DNA of 60,287 bases, counting the filler, from Hausera hauseri (taxonomy: Eukaryota): NCBI GenBank assembly GCA_046269625.1. It is 10 parts of 10 records of this genome, joined end to end, with 100 filler letters (N's around TTAATTAATTAA, not from the genome) between each part and the next. Parts side by side here need not be neighbours in the genome. Positions count along the whole stretch, not along the records: positions 1 to 8,002 come from JBJURY010828749.1; positions 8,103 to 14,348 come from JBJURY010120429.1; 8 more parts are not named here. The stretch is one strand, 5' to 3'. The number at the start of each line of letters is the position of its first letter. Position 1 is the first letter of the stretch. Of this stretch, positions 1-12,324 are shown piece by piece. Made by a program: the position numbers and the translations under genes. A model generated the notes under the pieces. It saw nothing but the letters and a program-made list of their open reading frames with translations, was not told where the DNA came from and did not search any database.

Positions 1-1703
1 AAGATATGCTAAATTTTAAAGGTTCAATCCAGTGTAATCATTGCAAAAAATTTGGATATATCGCCAAGTCCTGTCCAGAAGTTAAAATAGTGCAGGCGTC
101 AATGCCACCCTATGCCAAATCGCCAAAGCGATGCAATACTAGCTCGAAACTGTTCAACTCAAACAAACATGATGAATGTAAATAAATTTTGTTACAACTG
201 TAAACAAAGTAGTCACACTTGGAAAGATTGCCCCCTGCTAATCAATTGGGTAGATTGAAAATATTATACGAAAACAGAAGTGCTGTATTTGGAAGTAAGA
301 ATAACCAATTAAAGAGAAAACATAAAACCGATGGTTATTGATGCATTATATAGTTGTACAGAATGAGAAATTAATCAGGACGACTATGATGACGAAGTAG
401 TTAAATTTTTTGATAGTGATGAAGAGAAACTTATTGATAATAATTACGACGGATCACAAGCAGCTGGCTGTAGGCACTAGTACCCTCAAGATAAAAATGA
501 ATCCAATAATGAATTGAGTTCTGTTGAAATAGATTTGTTAGAAGTGTCAAAAATATGTCGAAATTCTGTTGGAAAGTGAAGCTGTAAGTTTTATAGATGA
601 CTTAAACATAAATTGTTTAAGGGCACCGACCCTTGATACTAGTGATTATAGTGATGAAGATGTAACCACTGAACCTGACTTTGATTCCCTCTTAATTTTG
701 AATAATGAAAATAATGATGGAAGCATTTCAATAAATATAGAGTTTAGTACGAATTTCGATGTTGTATGCAATGAAAAGTTGAATTTTGCAAATCGTGACA
801 TTCTGAATAAAACTCTGCATTGCAATAATTCTATGGAAGAATCAAATGTTGAAACCGTTTAATACATTAGACGAAGTTCGACAATTTGGGAATTTTGAAA
901 CTGAACTGGAAAAATAATTGATGAATTAGATGAAAAAATCAAATCGTATTAATTATGTATAAAATGATAATCGATGTTTAAGAATTGATGACATACTTGA
1001 TATGGATAAGTTCGAAAAGCATACCAGATGATTCTGAAATAAAATTACATGGAAAAGTAAAGGAAGTAAGTACTGTTTTTTAAAACGTTGGCGAAATATG
1101 TCGATAATGACTGAAAATCAGTACTCGATGATTAAAAAAGAAAATGAGGTAGATTCGGAAGAATTCGAAGGCGGAATGAAAACCGATTTACGAAAAAGAA
1201 TGGAGAAGTTAAAACTCCTGGAAGGATTACACTATTTATCAAAGAAAGATGCTATAGACTTGAAGAACTATGAAAATTTCAAGAACAAGAAATTAACTAA
1301 AGAAAAGACAGATATTCAAACATTTACAACCGTTACAGAAATAAACCAAATAAATTTAGAAAAATTCTTAATGCATATCCTAGGAAAAAGCTGTTTTGGT
1401 TTAAATGAGGGCGTATATAAAATGTTTTAGAATTAAATAGAAAAGTATGCTGAAGTAGAAACACGTTTGAAACCCCAATGGTTCGATGACTATTTTTTAA
1501 AGTGTCAATGTAAACACTGTTTTAACGAAATAACCAACACAATAAATGAATTTCGAAAAATAACACTGGACAACAAGAAAACTTCTCTTCTTTTAAACAG
1601 TGTTTTATAACAAATCGATCTTGCTGAGTCCAAAACTGTCATCCACTTTTGTGTATCAGGAACAGTTTCGGGAGACGTGAGAATTTAGATTATCATTGAC
1701 ACG
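1..1703 (+). mobile_element. Decayed LTR-retrotransposon gag/protease remnant
   Basis: Two zinc knuckles in the first 240 bp (CNHCKKFGYIAKSC, CYNCKQSSHTWKDC), acidic ORF fragments at 569-862 and 1098-1430, and a protease-like stretch VIHFCVSGTVSGDVRI*IIIDT that breaks off at about 1703. Confidence 0.55.
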
Positions 1704-1859
1704 TGATGTGTATACACATAATTACAAGCCACACAAAGTGTAAATTTAGTGTATATGCGTTAAAGTATGGTACAATTTAACGTATAATATAATATAGTTT
1801 GACGTATAATATATTTTAATGTCATACAGTAATCGTAGGAATCAAGTGTCTCAATACAA

Positions 1860-3490
1860 GTACTTTGCATGTGCCTTTCTTTTATAACATGTAGTTGGTT
1901 TATCCCACTTCAGTGTCCAGCAGACGTCTGCGAGCATGTTGGGAGTCCATTTATCCTGGTAGCGCGATTACATTGTAGCTATTTGCTGATGGAAATGTTT
2001 CCCCTATTCGTCGCTGACATCGCCAAGATTGGGATGGAAGAATTCCAAATGTGAGTGGGGAATATAAATTTTTAGGGACATGTTGCAACCAAGTTGTCGA
2101 TATGCATAGTGAAGATTGTCAACAAGTTGAACATAGTTTTCCTCGCTATGGTTTCCCGGAAAATCTCTCGTAATGACTTTGAATGCATCCCATGCAGCAA
2201 ACTCTGTAGGGTTGAAGGTGGTAATAAACTGTTCACCTTTGATTAATTCCCTGATCTGAGGTCCCACAAAAACCAATTCTTTAATCTTGGCATCATTAAT
2301 TCTAGGAAACCTTGACTTCAGGTACTTAAAGCCATCACCCTCCTTGTTCATCCGTTTAACAAAATTCTTCATCTGGTCAAGTTTCACATGAAAAAATGGC
2401 AGGTATATTTTCTGTGGATCAACCCGTGGCAGATTAGCAATACTTTTCATACCAGGAACTAGTACCTGACTAGGATGCCAATCACTCTTTGTGTAATGGT
2501 ATTTCTTATCACGGCTGTCCAATTCATACAGGAATCAACAGTACTTGGTGTATCCGGATTGAATGTCGATCAGAAGTCCGATGACTTTAAAGTTTGCGCA
2601 GATATGTTAACTGTGCTTTAAGTAGTCAATGAAGTGTAAGTGTCTTCATATTCTCATTTGTTTCCTTCATATGAACAGCATGACTAATTGGAACAGAAAG
2701 ATAGAGGTTACCATTGTGGAGCAAGACTGCTTTGAGACTTAGAGTGGAGGAATCGATAAAAAGGTTCCACTCTGATGGTTTATATTCTACGCCAAGAATC
2801 CTTATCAATCCATTAATATCACTGCAGTAGCATACAGAGTCATGAGAGCTGAAGAACGGTAACAAATCCTGTGACTGTTGTCGGAAGATTGACACTTTGG
2901 TCCCCGTAGCAAGTAAATTCCAGACCTGAAGTCTGGAAGTTAACAATTTTCCTTGATTTTTGGACAAGCATAAGTCCCTCACTAAGTCACTTAGATCTGC
3001 CTGAGTTAATATATGTGGCACTGACGATGTCGATTTAGTGAACTCTTCGTCATGCTCCATTTCGACATCATCACTACATGTAGATTCACTGCTACTCAGC
3101 TCGTACGACTGAGGAGGGTAGGGAACTGGGAGGTCATCCGAGTGAGAAATAGGCCGCATTCCTGAAGAAAAATTAGGATAGGTGATGTGTTTCTTGCTTT
3201 TATCAGAGAAGCCCTAAATGTTTGTCATGCAAAGGTAGCGGTCTGTGACATGATCCGTTGAGTCCCTCCAATTCATGGGATGTGAAAACGGCATGGGTTT
3301 CCACGAACTTTTCAACAATGATCGGAGAGCCATTGTACATCGTGCGCAGCTATAGTGCGGTGCCCATACCTTCTCTTGATCGCCGACATTGCACTGGAAA
3401 TACAATTCATATGCTTTTGCTACAAGTGAGTTCATATTTGGCGATGAATAATTAATGTAACTTCACAACATATATAACAGAAGGAATCCG
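1860..3490 (-). mobile_element. Chapaev3-type (CMC superfamily) DNA transposase pseudogene
   Basis: Frameshifted ORFs 3214-3435, 2626-3159 and 2004-2522 carry DSFCYIC, KAYELYF..GDQEKVWAPH..C..C, LFIDSSTLSLKAVLLHNGN, ICADFKV, HSHLEFFHPNLGDVSDE and RYQDKWTPNMLAD, which I recognise as Chapaev3 transposase motifs. Confidence 0.75.
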
Positions 3491-3935
3491 TCTCTTTTTA
3501 ACTATGTCGAGATATAGCACCAACGTTCCCTCTAATTTTTGTTCATGATGCGCGGAAAAATAAGGGTGTGCGCAAAAAAAGCGTGATGTAAAATTTTAGT
3601 GCGCGGCATTTATGAAAATTTTACATTAAAGAATGTTAGAAACTGCATTATATTGCAGTCTTCTGCATAGGAAATTAGACATTTTGTATACTGTTACAGT
3701 GCATGTGCGAAGTTTTACAGAATCATTTTTATGCACACAATTTTACAGTTCACAAACGCACTGACACATTGCAAATTGGGAATTGCGATATTTAAGTGGG
3801 AAATATTTTAAAAAAATTAAATAAAGGTAAAAAATAATCAAGTAGTTTTATTTAAAAAAGTCACAATCGTTTAATCAAGGCTATAGTTATTTGAATTATT
3901 TCTATTATTTATCCCCGTCAGGAAACAAATTGGCG

Positions 3936-5957
3936 CTAGTCATTTCTGGAAGTATTCAGACGTCTGTCTTTTAATGACATCCATCTTTTAAGCACATCGT
4001 CAAGATTGATCTGATGTCCATCATTCTGGTAAGATTTAATTCTCATAAGCATGTCTAAATGTAACTCTTCCAGTCTATTTCTAGATTTTGTTTTTATAGT
4101 GTTCATTAGACTAAATCCACGTTCACAATCTGCGCTTGATGCTAGAAATGTAGTACAAATATCCAATAGAATGGCAATGTTGCTGAATTGTTCCTCGCTG
4201 AATACAAACAGAACCATCTCGACGAAAGTCTGCAGCAACCCACATTTCTTTTTTTCAGCAAGCACAAACCTTAAGTTACGATACTCATTCATAAGTTTTG
4301 GCAGAATGTCATCATGATTTTCCAGGAAGGCTGCATATTTAGAAGCCAGTGCTGCAAGTTCTTCTTGACCGAAATTGAAATCTGAAGTATTAACTAACGC
4401 TGATATCTCAAAGATTCGCCACAGCATCAACTCATTTTCAGGGAAACGAGAGTCTAGGTGTAAACACAGACATTCGACAAATCTTAGGATAGAACTCATG
4501 TTTAAATCCTCGTCGTTTTCAAGTATTTTAGTTACCTCTTCGGTCCAGTGCACATTTTCACCAAGGTACTGGACATGGAGCTTTGTGATCCTTGCTTTTA
4601 CAAACTGGTGTGCCTCGATGGTCGTAAGATTTTTTCTCTGCAGCAGCTTGCATAATTCAGCAAGTTCACCAATAACTTCATCAAAGACAATCAGAGCAAT
4701 ACGAAACTGAGGATCCCTTAGTTTCTTCATACAGTACTTATGAACTGGATCATTAAGAAGGCGCACCTGCTCCTCACAGTATTCAGTCAACGCTTTTATG
4801 TTTCTCAGTACAGCTCGTAATGCAAAGTGCCGAGAAAGCCACCTGACCTCACTCAATGGTCTAAAGGCAAGAGAATCACATTCCACTACGTTAGCTAGTT
4901 CGATGAACTGTGCTTTTCGTACTGAAGACCTGCTGAATAACGTGTATACTGTTCTAAGAAATGTTTCAATGTCTCCCATTAAAGGTACTTGTTTGCAAGC
5001 ATCTTCTATGCCTAAATCCTCACGATGAGCAACACAGTGTTGTTCCATTAGATGTGGAATACGTCGGCGAAGAATTGCTGCAACTCCATTGTTTTTGCCT
5101 AACATAACCGATGCACCGTCTGAGGTAAACATAACCATTTTCTGCATGTCCAGTGAATTCTCTTTATAAAACTCTGTTATTGCTGATTCAACAGATTTAC
5201 TGTCACATGTCGTCACAGGCAAAATTCCAACGAATGTTGTCTTATAAACATTACCGTCATGTGGTCGAAATTTTGCATATAAAATCAACATTTTTGTCGT
5301 TGATATATCTGTGCTTTCATCTACTGTTAATGTGTGAAACTTTGCATTGCGAATTTCGCTAATTATAGCATTCTTTACTACAGAATTGATGGAAGCAACA
5401 AACTCAAAAGCGTAATTCTTACTACGCCAGTTATCAGGGATTGAGAGATACTTGGCCATATGGTTGTGTATGTCTTGAACTGCATTCATAGATGTGTTCA
5501 TGTTGATAGCCAAGAGAACGTTGTCAATCAGAATTTTGACCTTGTCATATTCAGCACTTTTACGTTGTGCTGCTTCTTGTCTCATGCTTCGATCAGCAAC
5601 ACTTTCTGTAAGCATTCGCACTAGATGTCCTGATTGTACAGAACGAAGTATCTGTACAGCATCTATGTGTACTTTTTGAGTGATATGTCGTTTAAGATAA
5701 TCTAGCTTCCAAGCCTCCCACCTCTTCCCTGTGGAGAATTCACCTACAATTTTTGCTTTCAAGCAAATTTCACAAATAACAGCGTCATTAGTTTCACAAT
5801 ATTTAAAAATATCACCCAGTTTGACGGTCTGTTCTGATGACGAATCTGGTAGCGCTGCATGCACAAGTTCATTGAGCCATCCCGTTTTAAACGTCGATCT
5901 GCATTTCTTCTTAGCAGGCGATGAAGCTGACGGTTTCTGTAACTGACGTTTCGACAT
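3936..5957 (-). CDS. hAT transposase (ZNF862/KIAA1586-like), 673 aa, uninterrupted
   Basis: N-terminal CEIC...H zinc finger, catalytic motifs LTVDESTD and FTSDGASVMLG, CxxH (HCVAHR), EVRWLSR, and C-terminal dimerisation motif SSADCERGFSLMNTIKTKSRNRL. Confidence 0.93.
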   Translation of the reverse strand: MSKRQLQKPSASSPAKKKCRSTFKTGWLNELVHAALPDSSSEQTVKLGDIFKYCETNDAVICEICLKAKIVGEFSTGKRWEAWKLDYLKRHITQKVHIDAVQILRSVQSGHLVRMLTESVADRSMRQEAAQRKSAEYDKVKILIDNVLLAINMNTSMNAVQDIHNHMAKYLSIPDNWRSKNYAFEFVASINSVVKNAIISEIRNAKFHTLTVDESTDISTTKMLILYAKFRPHDGNVYKTTFVGILPVTTCDSKSVESAITEFYKENSLDMQKMVMFTSDGASVMLGKNNGVAAILRRRIPHLMEQHCVAHREDLGIEDACKQVPLMGDIETFLRTVYTLFSRSSVRKAQFIELANVVECDSLAFRPLSEVRWLSRHFALRAVLRNIKALTEYCEEQVRLLNDPVHKYCMKKLRDPQFRIALIVFDEVIGELAELCKLLQRKNLTTIEAHQFVKARITKLHVQYLGENVHWTEEVTKILENDEDLNMSSILRFVECLCLHLDSRFPENELMLWRIFEISALVNTSDFNFGQEELAALASKYAAFLENHDDILPKLMNEYRNLRFVLAEKKKCGLLQTFVEMVLFVFSEEQFSNIAILLDICTTFLASSADCERGFSLMNTIKTKSRNRLEELHLDMLMRIKSYQNDGHQINLDDVLKRWMSLKDRRLNTSRND

Positions 5958-6004
5958 AACGGTTTAATGATGATTAAATAATTAGCCGTAACACTTATAA
6001 TAAA

Positions 6005-6105
6005 CTAGATGTTAGTAGATTTAATTACTATATACTATAGATTTAATTATATAGATTTAATTACTATATGCTGTAGATTTAATTATATAGATTTAATTAC
6101 TAATT
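6005..6105. repeat. AT-rich tandem repeat (about 36-bp unit with TAGATTTAATTA core) upstream of the hAT ORF
   Basis: TAGATTTAATTA recurs five times; translation of ORF 6009-6323 shows the RFNYIDLIT repeat. Confidence 0.8.
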
Positions 6106-7059
6106 ACTTGTGTACAACTTTATTTGAATGGCGTCCTAGCGGGTTATGGCGCCGGAGGATGAGAACGAGGCTGGCCTATTTAAAAGAACAAATGTTGTGT
6201 CATTCGTTTTGCCATGCGTACACAATTCGGACAAATAGTCTGTTACCTGCGGTAAATACTATCAGGATTTTAGGCCAGAACATGGAATGTAATATTGATG
6301 ACAGCAATGACATTTCAGTTTAAAACCTTTTATTAAATAAATTACCATGATTATTGCACATGACGATTTACACACGTGTATTACAGTGGCTGATCAAGAG
6401 GTTATCCAGGAGGTTGGAGAGGGGACAGAGGTCCCCACCCCTCCAGAGCCCAACAGCACATGTAACAAAGTCTAATTTTACAATCCGGTACTTTACGTGG
6501 AAGCAGTCTATACTCTGGTGGAAAGCTCAGTATAGCGCTAGAAGCAAAAAGGAAATGGCCTCGTGCCTCGCGGACATTCTTCCTCGGCTCTGCGTACACG
6601 CAACCTTTTTGTTTTCAAACAGTCCATTTTCATAAACAATACAGCAATTATGACTGCGCGGTGACTCACAGCTGTTGCGCGGCCCCAGATAAATAGATGC
6701 GCGGCCGCGCAACCGCGCAGCTTAAAGGGAACAGTGCTCGGTACATTGGATACATCTATACGGTGCGGAAAATATTTTCCTCTGATATTGGAAGTTCCAT
6801 ATACCGAGGAGTTGACGGGGTTATCATGGCTAGTCATTATATTCGTCGGCAAAATTTAACTTTGTTAATTGTGAGAATAGCGTTTTCTTATATTTTTTGT
6901 TCCATGATGTCCAAGAAACTCATTTTAGTCTTTTAATATATTTATTCGTGGGTTTACTAGTATTTGGGTAATCATTATCATCATCGTTTTAACCGTTGAG
7001 TGCACTATATTGTGAATTATTCTCAATGTCTTCTCTTTTTAAGTATTCGTCTTTTCCAT

Positions 7060-8002
7060 TTTGCATTTTGATTTTCTAGAAAACAATTAGCTAGTGCAGG
7101 TATTACGACTACTAAAATCTTCCATGAGCATCCTATTTCTGGATGAATTCCTTATGCTTTACCAAGAGCGGTAAATATCGTTCGTATTGTACTAATTATG
7201 TAGTATATCGCTAAGAATCCCGAAGCTGCTTGTCCAAAGTATAAAAATTTTCCCCATATCTTTTCGATAACACTTCTCATCACTGTTTAAAGATAATCTC
7301 TTTCCACTGTGGCGAACCTTCTCTGTCCCATATCATTCTTATTGTCACTTCGATAATTACTCGTTGTCTGTTGTGGGAATAGTAACATTCGTCTGTAGTC
7401 TTCTAGATTCTGCGCCGTATAAATTCCTCCTTGAGGGATGCCCGTGAGCGGTTCAAATTTATGACCCTTGTTGGTTTATTAAACTAAGTTTTTCAGGTTT
7501 TTACATTTGTTCTCTTTTGGGCATTGGTATCCCCTGTTTGTTATTTATTTGGAACATGGGTGACATTAAAAGTGCAATTGTCAAGCAAAGTTGGTTTAAA
7601 ATTTGCTTCTAACAGAATTCTTGTTATTGGCATCACATATCTAAGTTCCCTTTTATAAACTATTGGTAGTTCAGANNNNNNNNNNTATCATTGCCAATTA
7701 CCCCATCTCCGAAAGGCATTACTGGTGCAACCATATCGAGATTGTTATTATCAAAGTAATATTATTTCGTACTATTTCATAGTTTAGTTTATATTCGTTC
7801 ATTCTTATCCATTCTTACATAATTCATTAGAAAATACTGTGTTCGTTTTACATCCCTTTTTGTCTAGTTTCGTTTTCACCACACGACTTTTGATTACAGG
7901 TATATTCCTTTGCAATTGGTTTCAGACATGTTTTCATTGAATTTACTTACTTATCGCACCGGTAAGTTTAAATCGCATCATATCTTCAGGATTCGTTGAG
8001 TA
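7060..8002 (-). pseudogene. Envelope/fusion glycoprotein pseudogene, chuvirus (Jingchuvirales) G-like, C-terminal half
   Basis: Manual translation across frameshifts gives ELPIVYKRELRYVMPITRILL..C..SPMFQINNK, GIPQGGIYTAQNLEDYRRMLLFPQ and KIWGKFLYFGQAASGFLAIYYIISTIRTIF..GCSWKIL. Order and spacing match chuvirus-like glycoproteins captured as env by LTR retrotransposons. Confidence 0.7.
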
Positions 8003-8102
8003 NNNNNNNNNNNNNNNNNNNNNNNNNNNNNNNNNNNNNNNNNNNNTTAATTAATTAANNNNNNNNNNNNNNNNNNNNNNNNNNNNNNNNNNNNNNNNNN
8101 NN
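8003..8102. other. Artificial contig linker
   Basis: 44 N + TTAATTAATTAA (stops in all six frames) + 44 N. Confidence 0.98.
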
Positions 8103-8203
8103 AGCCAACAGAAAGTCAGGAAATTCAAAAAAGAAGGAAAATAAGACTCATTTCCCGAATGAAGGAGATAAATGTTATATAAAACTTTTATAATAAATAT
8201 CTT

Positions 8204-10330
8204 ATGGATAAATCAATCTTACAATCATTAAATGATGTTGAGGTCGGGATGGTAGAGACGCGATCTACTTACATGGCGGCCAACGCTTCAAGAGACTTCT
8301 TCAAGAAGAAATTGATGCCAAAAGAATTCCAGAAAGGTGACAATGTGGAAATTTTATTGGAAAATACGAGATATACTTCGACTTCATAAAGATGTCGGAG
8401 GCGAATCGGGAAACGGCGGTCCTGTGCCTATTGGCGGACGAAGCACAGGAAAAATACAATTTGGTGAACCAAGAGGTGAAAGGGTACTAAACCGGTTGCG
8501 AAAAGCATTTTCAAAACCCACATCGCTGTGCGGGTTATGCATGAGGCCTTGAACTACAGAATGAGGAGGGCAGAACCGGACGCCTACTTCAACAAAATTG
8601 AACAAGTGGCGACGAGCACTCTTAGCCACAAAGTAACACTGGAAGCTCTAACAGAGGAATTGATAAGTTAGTGTTTGGACAATCCAGAGATAAGAAAGGA
8701 AATTTACCGCTGTGACGAAAAAAGCGTCGAACAAATCAAGGAGAAAATACGGAAAGTCCACGAAGTGGCAACAAAGACGAAAGAGATAAACACAGTCAAA
8801 AAATACACTAGAGAGGGTCGACGTAGTTACCGGGATGTGGTGGTGCACAAATTTGACAAACCAAAACAGGAAAGGAATGATTTCAAACTGCACAATACGC
8901 AAGGAAAGAGCACGATGAAATGCTGATTGTGCCAAAAAAACGGGAATACAAGCAAGACATGCAAACTCCAACATGCACCAAGATGTTTTGGTTGGGGAAA
9001 AAAGGACACATTAACAGGAATTGTCCGGAAAGGAAACCCATAATATGCTGTGGGTGTGGTCAGCAAGGACACATAATGCGAAATTGCATAAACATAAAAT
9101 GCAATAGATGTCACAAGAGAGGGCACAGGGAAGAAGAGTGCTATACAAAATTGGACAAGAACAGAAGCAGACAAAATACGTATACCGACAATTTTAAACG
9201 TGCGGGATATGGTCAGAAAAGATATGGAGAGAGGGTGAACAGAAGGCACGCATACGTTGCAGATATTGACGAGGACTATGAAGAGTCCATCACAGAGTCG
9301 ACAAACCCAAAAGGCAGAGCCTCGAAAGAAGTGGAGCTAGTCGGGGAATTACATTAAATAACTCCAGAGGTTCCCAAAATATTGAAAGGAACGGACAAGG
9401 TATTGAAGAAATGAAGGAAAGAACAGAGGAAACGGTACGGATGTTAATGAAAAAGTAAATGTTTTGGGACCGAAAGAAAGAAGTACGATTTACGGAAAGT
9501 CAAAATGAGAACCTACATAAAGAGAGGATATTTTCCATGGAAGGATTGACGGAAAAGAGTATCACGTACGATAAAATACAAGGACGTCCAGGTATAAAAA
9601 TAAAGGTACAAGATAGATGGGAAGACTGCCTATTGGATACAGGGGCACGAGTGAACGTAATGAGTAGGAAGTTTTTGAAAGATGTATAGATGTCCAGCTG
9701 GAGAAATCAGATATCACGCTCCGTTGTGCAAATGGTAGCGTCCTAGACTGCATCGGCAAACTGGCCGTAAATGTGTAACTCATGGGTGTACAAAAGCGCG
9801 TAACATTCATAGTAGTGATATGCATATCACAGAAATAATAGGAGGAATGGAACTGCAAAAGACTTTTGGAATTGAATAAAGTTGGAAACAGAAAGACGGA
9901 GAGGAACAAAGGTATAAGATATGCAACTTAGAAGCAAAATTCGGTCGAAAAGTGACGAATGAAGAACGATTCAAAAGAGCGAAGGAGATTCTGCGGATAA
10001 ACAAAAACTCAGCGGTATGGAACATAGTGCGGAAGAACCAAGAAGTCTTCATGGCTGACAAGTGGGATACCGGCTGTACAACATTGATCAGGCATAGAAT
10101 AAACACAAAAAGCGCACCAATTAACATTAAACCGCATAGACAGCCAGTGAATCTAGAAAGCAAAATAGATAAGAACATTCAAAACCAGTGGGGAAACAAT
10201 ATCATCAAGAAATGTAATTCACCTGGAATACTCCTATGATCTGCGTCTGGAAGAAAGAAAAATGATGTCAGAAAATGCCTAGACTTTAGACAGTTGAACC
10301 TCGTCACAGAAAGACAAGCGTACCCCATAT
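8204..10330 (+). mobile_element. Ty3/gypsy gag-protease-RT(5') remnant
   Basis: Three CCHC knuckles in ORF 8920-9357 (first degenerate; CCGCGQQGHIMRNC; CNRCHKRGHREEEC), protease CLLDTGARVNVM in 9459-9689, and RT start (IRHRINT..PINIKPHRQP, CNSPWNTP, CLDFRQLNLVTERQAYP) truncated near 10330. Confidence 0.9.
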
Positions 10331-10581
10331 TGTATGTGCGAAGTTCAATAATATGAGTAGATATCGATTAGTTCGTATCGAAATATCTGCCCGACTGATG
10401 GTCTCTGAAGAAGATCTTAGTAAGATCAAAATATTAGAATGTCCAAATCCTTAAATATTATTGGCCTCTAAAAGACATGTATGTATAGTTTATAACCTTA
10501 TCTGTTGCTCCTAAAGAAATCTACTGATAACTTATAGTAACTGGTTTGGACAAGTTTTACCAAATAATAGCATCCAATATG

Positions 10582-10787
10582 AGTTTCAAGGGTAAACTAT
10601 AAACAAAAATACTAATAAAGGCATAAACAAATTGTGCGTATGCGTTGAGAAAAACTTATATGGAATAGCGAATTTTTCAAAACTATACTTAAGACCCCAA
10701 AACAACTCATATGGAAATCTCTTCATATACTAACATCTTATGTAATTGCTGATTATACTCATATTATGGATAACATCATATTTGGTA
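10582..10787. repeat. 206-bp direct repeat, copy 1 (copy 2 at 14143-14348)
   Basis: Near-identical sequence (about 6 mismatches by eye) 3561 bp apart. Confidence 0.92.
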
Positions 10788-11589
10788 ACATAAATGTTAA
10801 TGCCGACAAAATCCAAAGTATAAAAATGTATTGATAAAAGTGTCACATGTCAAATCAAACCCAATAATGAAAGACGTTTTACTAAAACATTTTTTGACTT
10901 CTTGGGAAACACACGACAAAATTTGTGTGTTAAGATGGAAATAAATTTACTTGGCCAACCATAAAACTAATAAGCTTATCAAGTATATGAAATTTGTGGA
11001 AAATTGTCATACAAAATGTATATTTATGCTAATTTGCCTTTAAAATACCAATGTTTATATTCCATGTTTCGTTTTATGTGAAGAAATGAAACATCCAACC
11101 AAATATTTTATTTTCAATAAAATCGATTGCACACTTACAATCAGGATAATACACTCTGTTTCGTTTAGTCAAAACCATGTTTCATTGTGTAAAATTTTAG
11201 TAGTAAATTTGCATCCAAATTAAGGTCACGAACACGAATAAGATAGCAGTGGTAAACTTTTTTGTAACGACAAAATTTTTGATTTGTTTTTGATATATTT
11301 ATATAGTCTGCGAGACACCTTTTGCATAATGAGTAAATTTATGTACAAATATTACTTATTTCAAATATTTTAGTTTAATTATTTCTATAAAGTTAAATTC
11401 ATAAAAATGAGAAATTAGAAAAGGTAAAATCTTTTGAAACTACACATATATTTGACGATACATGGAACGACTTTGTATAAGTACTGTTTCTGTTAAATGG
11501 CATCGATAGTTCTCGAACATCTTCGGCATTTTATCTTTGTACTGAAATGAGTCGTTGTTAGGTTTCAAAGATTCTCAGCCGAATTTTTG

Positions 11590-11945
11590 TAATATTTGAT
11601 ATTTGTCGTGTTCACAGATAATACTCTTTTAATAATTTCCATACATTCGCCGTGATGTTCAGATCGGCAGACAATGCTGACCATTGAAGTACATTAACTT
11701 AGTTTTGTGATTTAAAAGTTCCATTAATTTCTTCCAAGTAAATGAATTCATTTGGCAATACTGTGTCCCAAATCATAACTTTTCATCCACCCTTCTGTTG
11801 CCTTTTTTATTTTCACATCATTCAGTTTATATGTATATCTGAAAATGTATTAAAGCATCATAAGAATTACTTTTAATATTACCATTTGTATGGACCGTCT
11901 AATGAAAATGCTTTTTCGTCAGTAAAAACGGTGTTTACTAAATGA
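11590..11945 (-). mobile_element. Tc1/mariner (Tc3-like) transposase remnant
   Basis: Manual translation gives VFTDEKAFSLDGP, KRQQKGG*KVMIW and LQWSALSADLNITANVWKLLK (cf. FSDEKKFNLDGP, GGGSVMVW, WPALSPDLNPIENLW), with an internal deletion and a possible 44-nt intron at 11839-11882. Confidence 0.7.
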
Positions 11946-12324
11946 AAATGTACATATCAAAATTGCTCTTCAAAAGTATAAAAACAAAAGAACAATTAAA
12001 TTTTATCTAAACAATTACTATAAATGTCAATTTTATGTACTAAATTGATAAAAAACTGTTTGATATGGTGATAAAATATCCTCAAATTTCGTATTCATTC
12101 GTATTTCATATTCACGCGTTATGGTGTCGGTGGGAGGATCTTACTGTGTATCAAAATCTTAATAAATACTTGTTAGTATTTACTTTCCAATAGCACATTC
12201 GTTTCGCTGTCTATTGGACTTTATATTACAATTTATTTCAGAAATATGTACGAAATGAAAAACACAATAATTAAACATACAAAACATATATTTTAAAAAT
12301 ATAAAAATAAAAAACAAATTTCAC

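Larger units (their letters stand above)
3521..6736 (-). mobile_element. Full-length hAT DNA transposon (about 3.2 kb)
   Basis: Imperfect 15-bp terminal inverted repeats: CAACGTTCCCTCTAA (3521-3535) versus the reverse complement of 6722-6736, CACTGTTCCCTTTAA (12/15). TGCGCGG subterminal motifs occur at both ends, and the element encloses an intact transposase ORF. Confidence 0.85.

Noticed and set aside
4051-5946. Series of plus-strand ORFs
   Set aside because: They are antisense shadows of the hAT transposase with no independent motifs.
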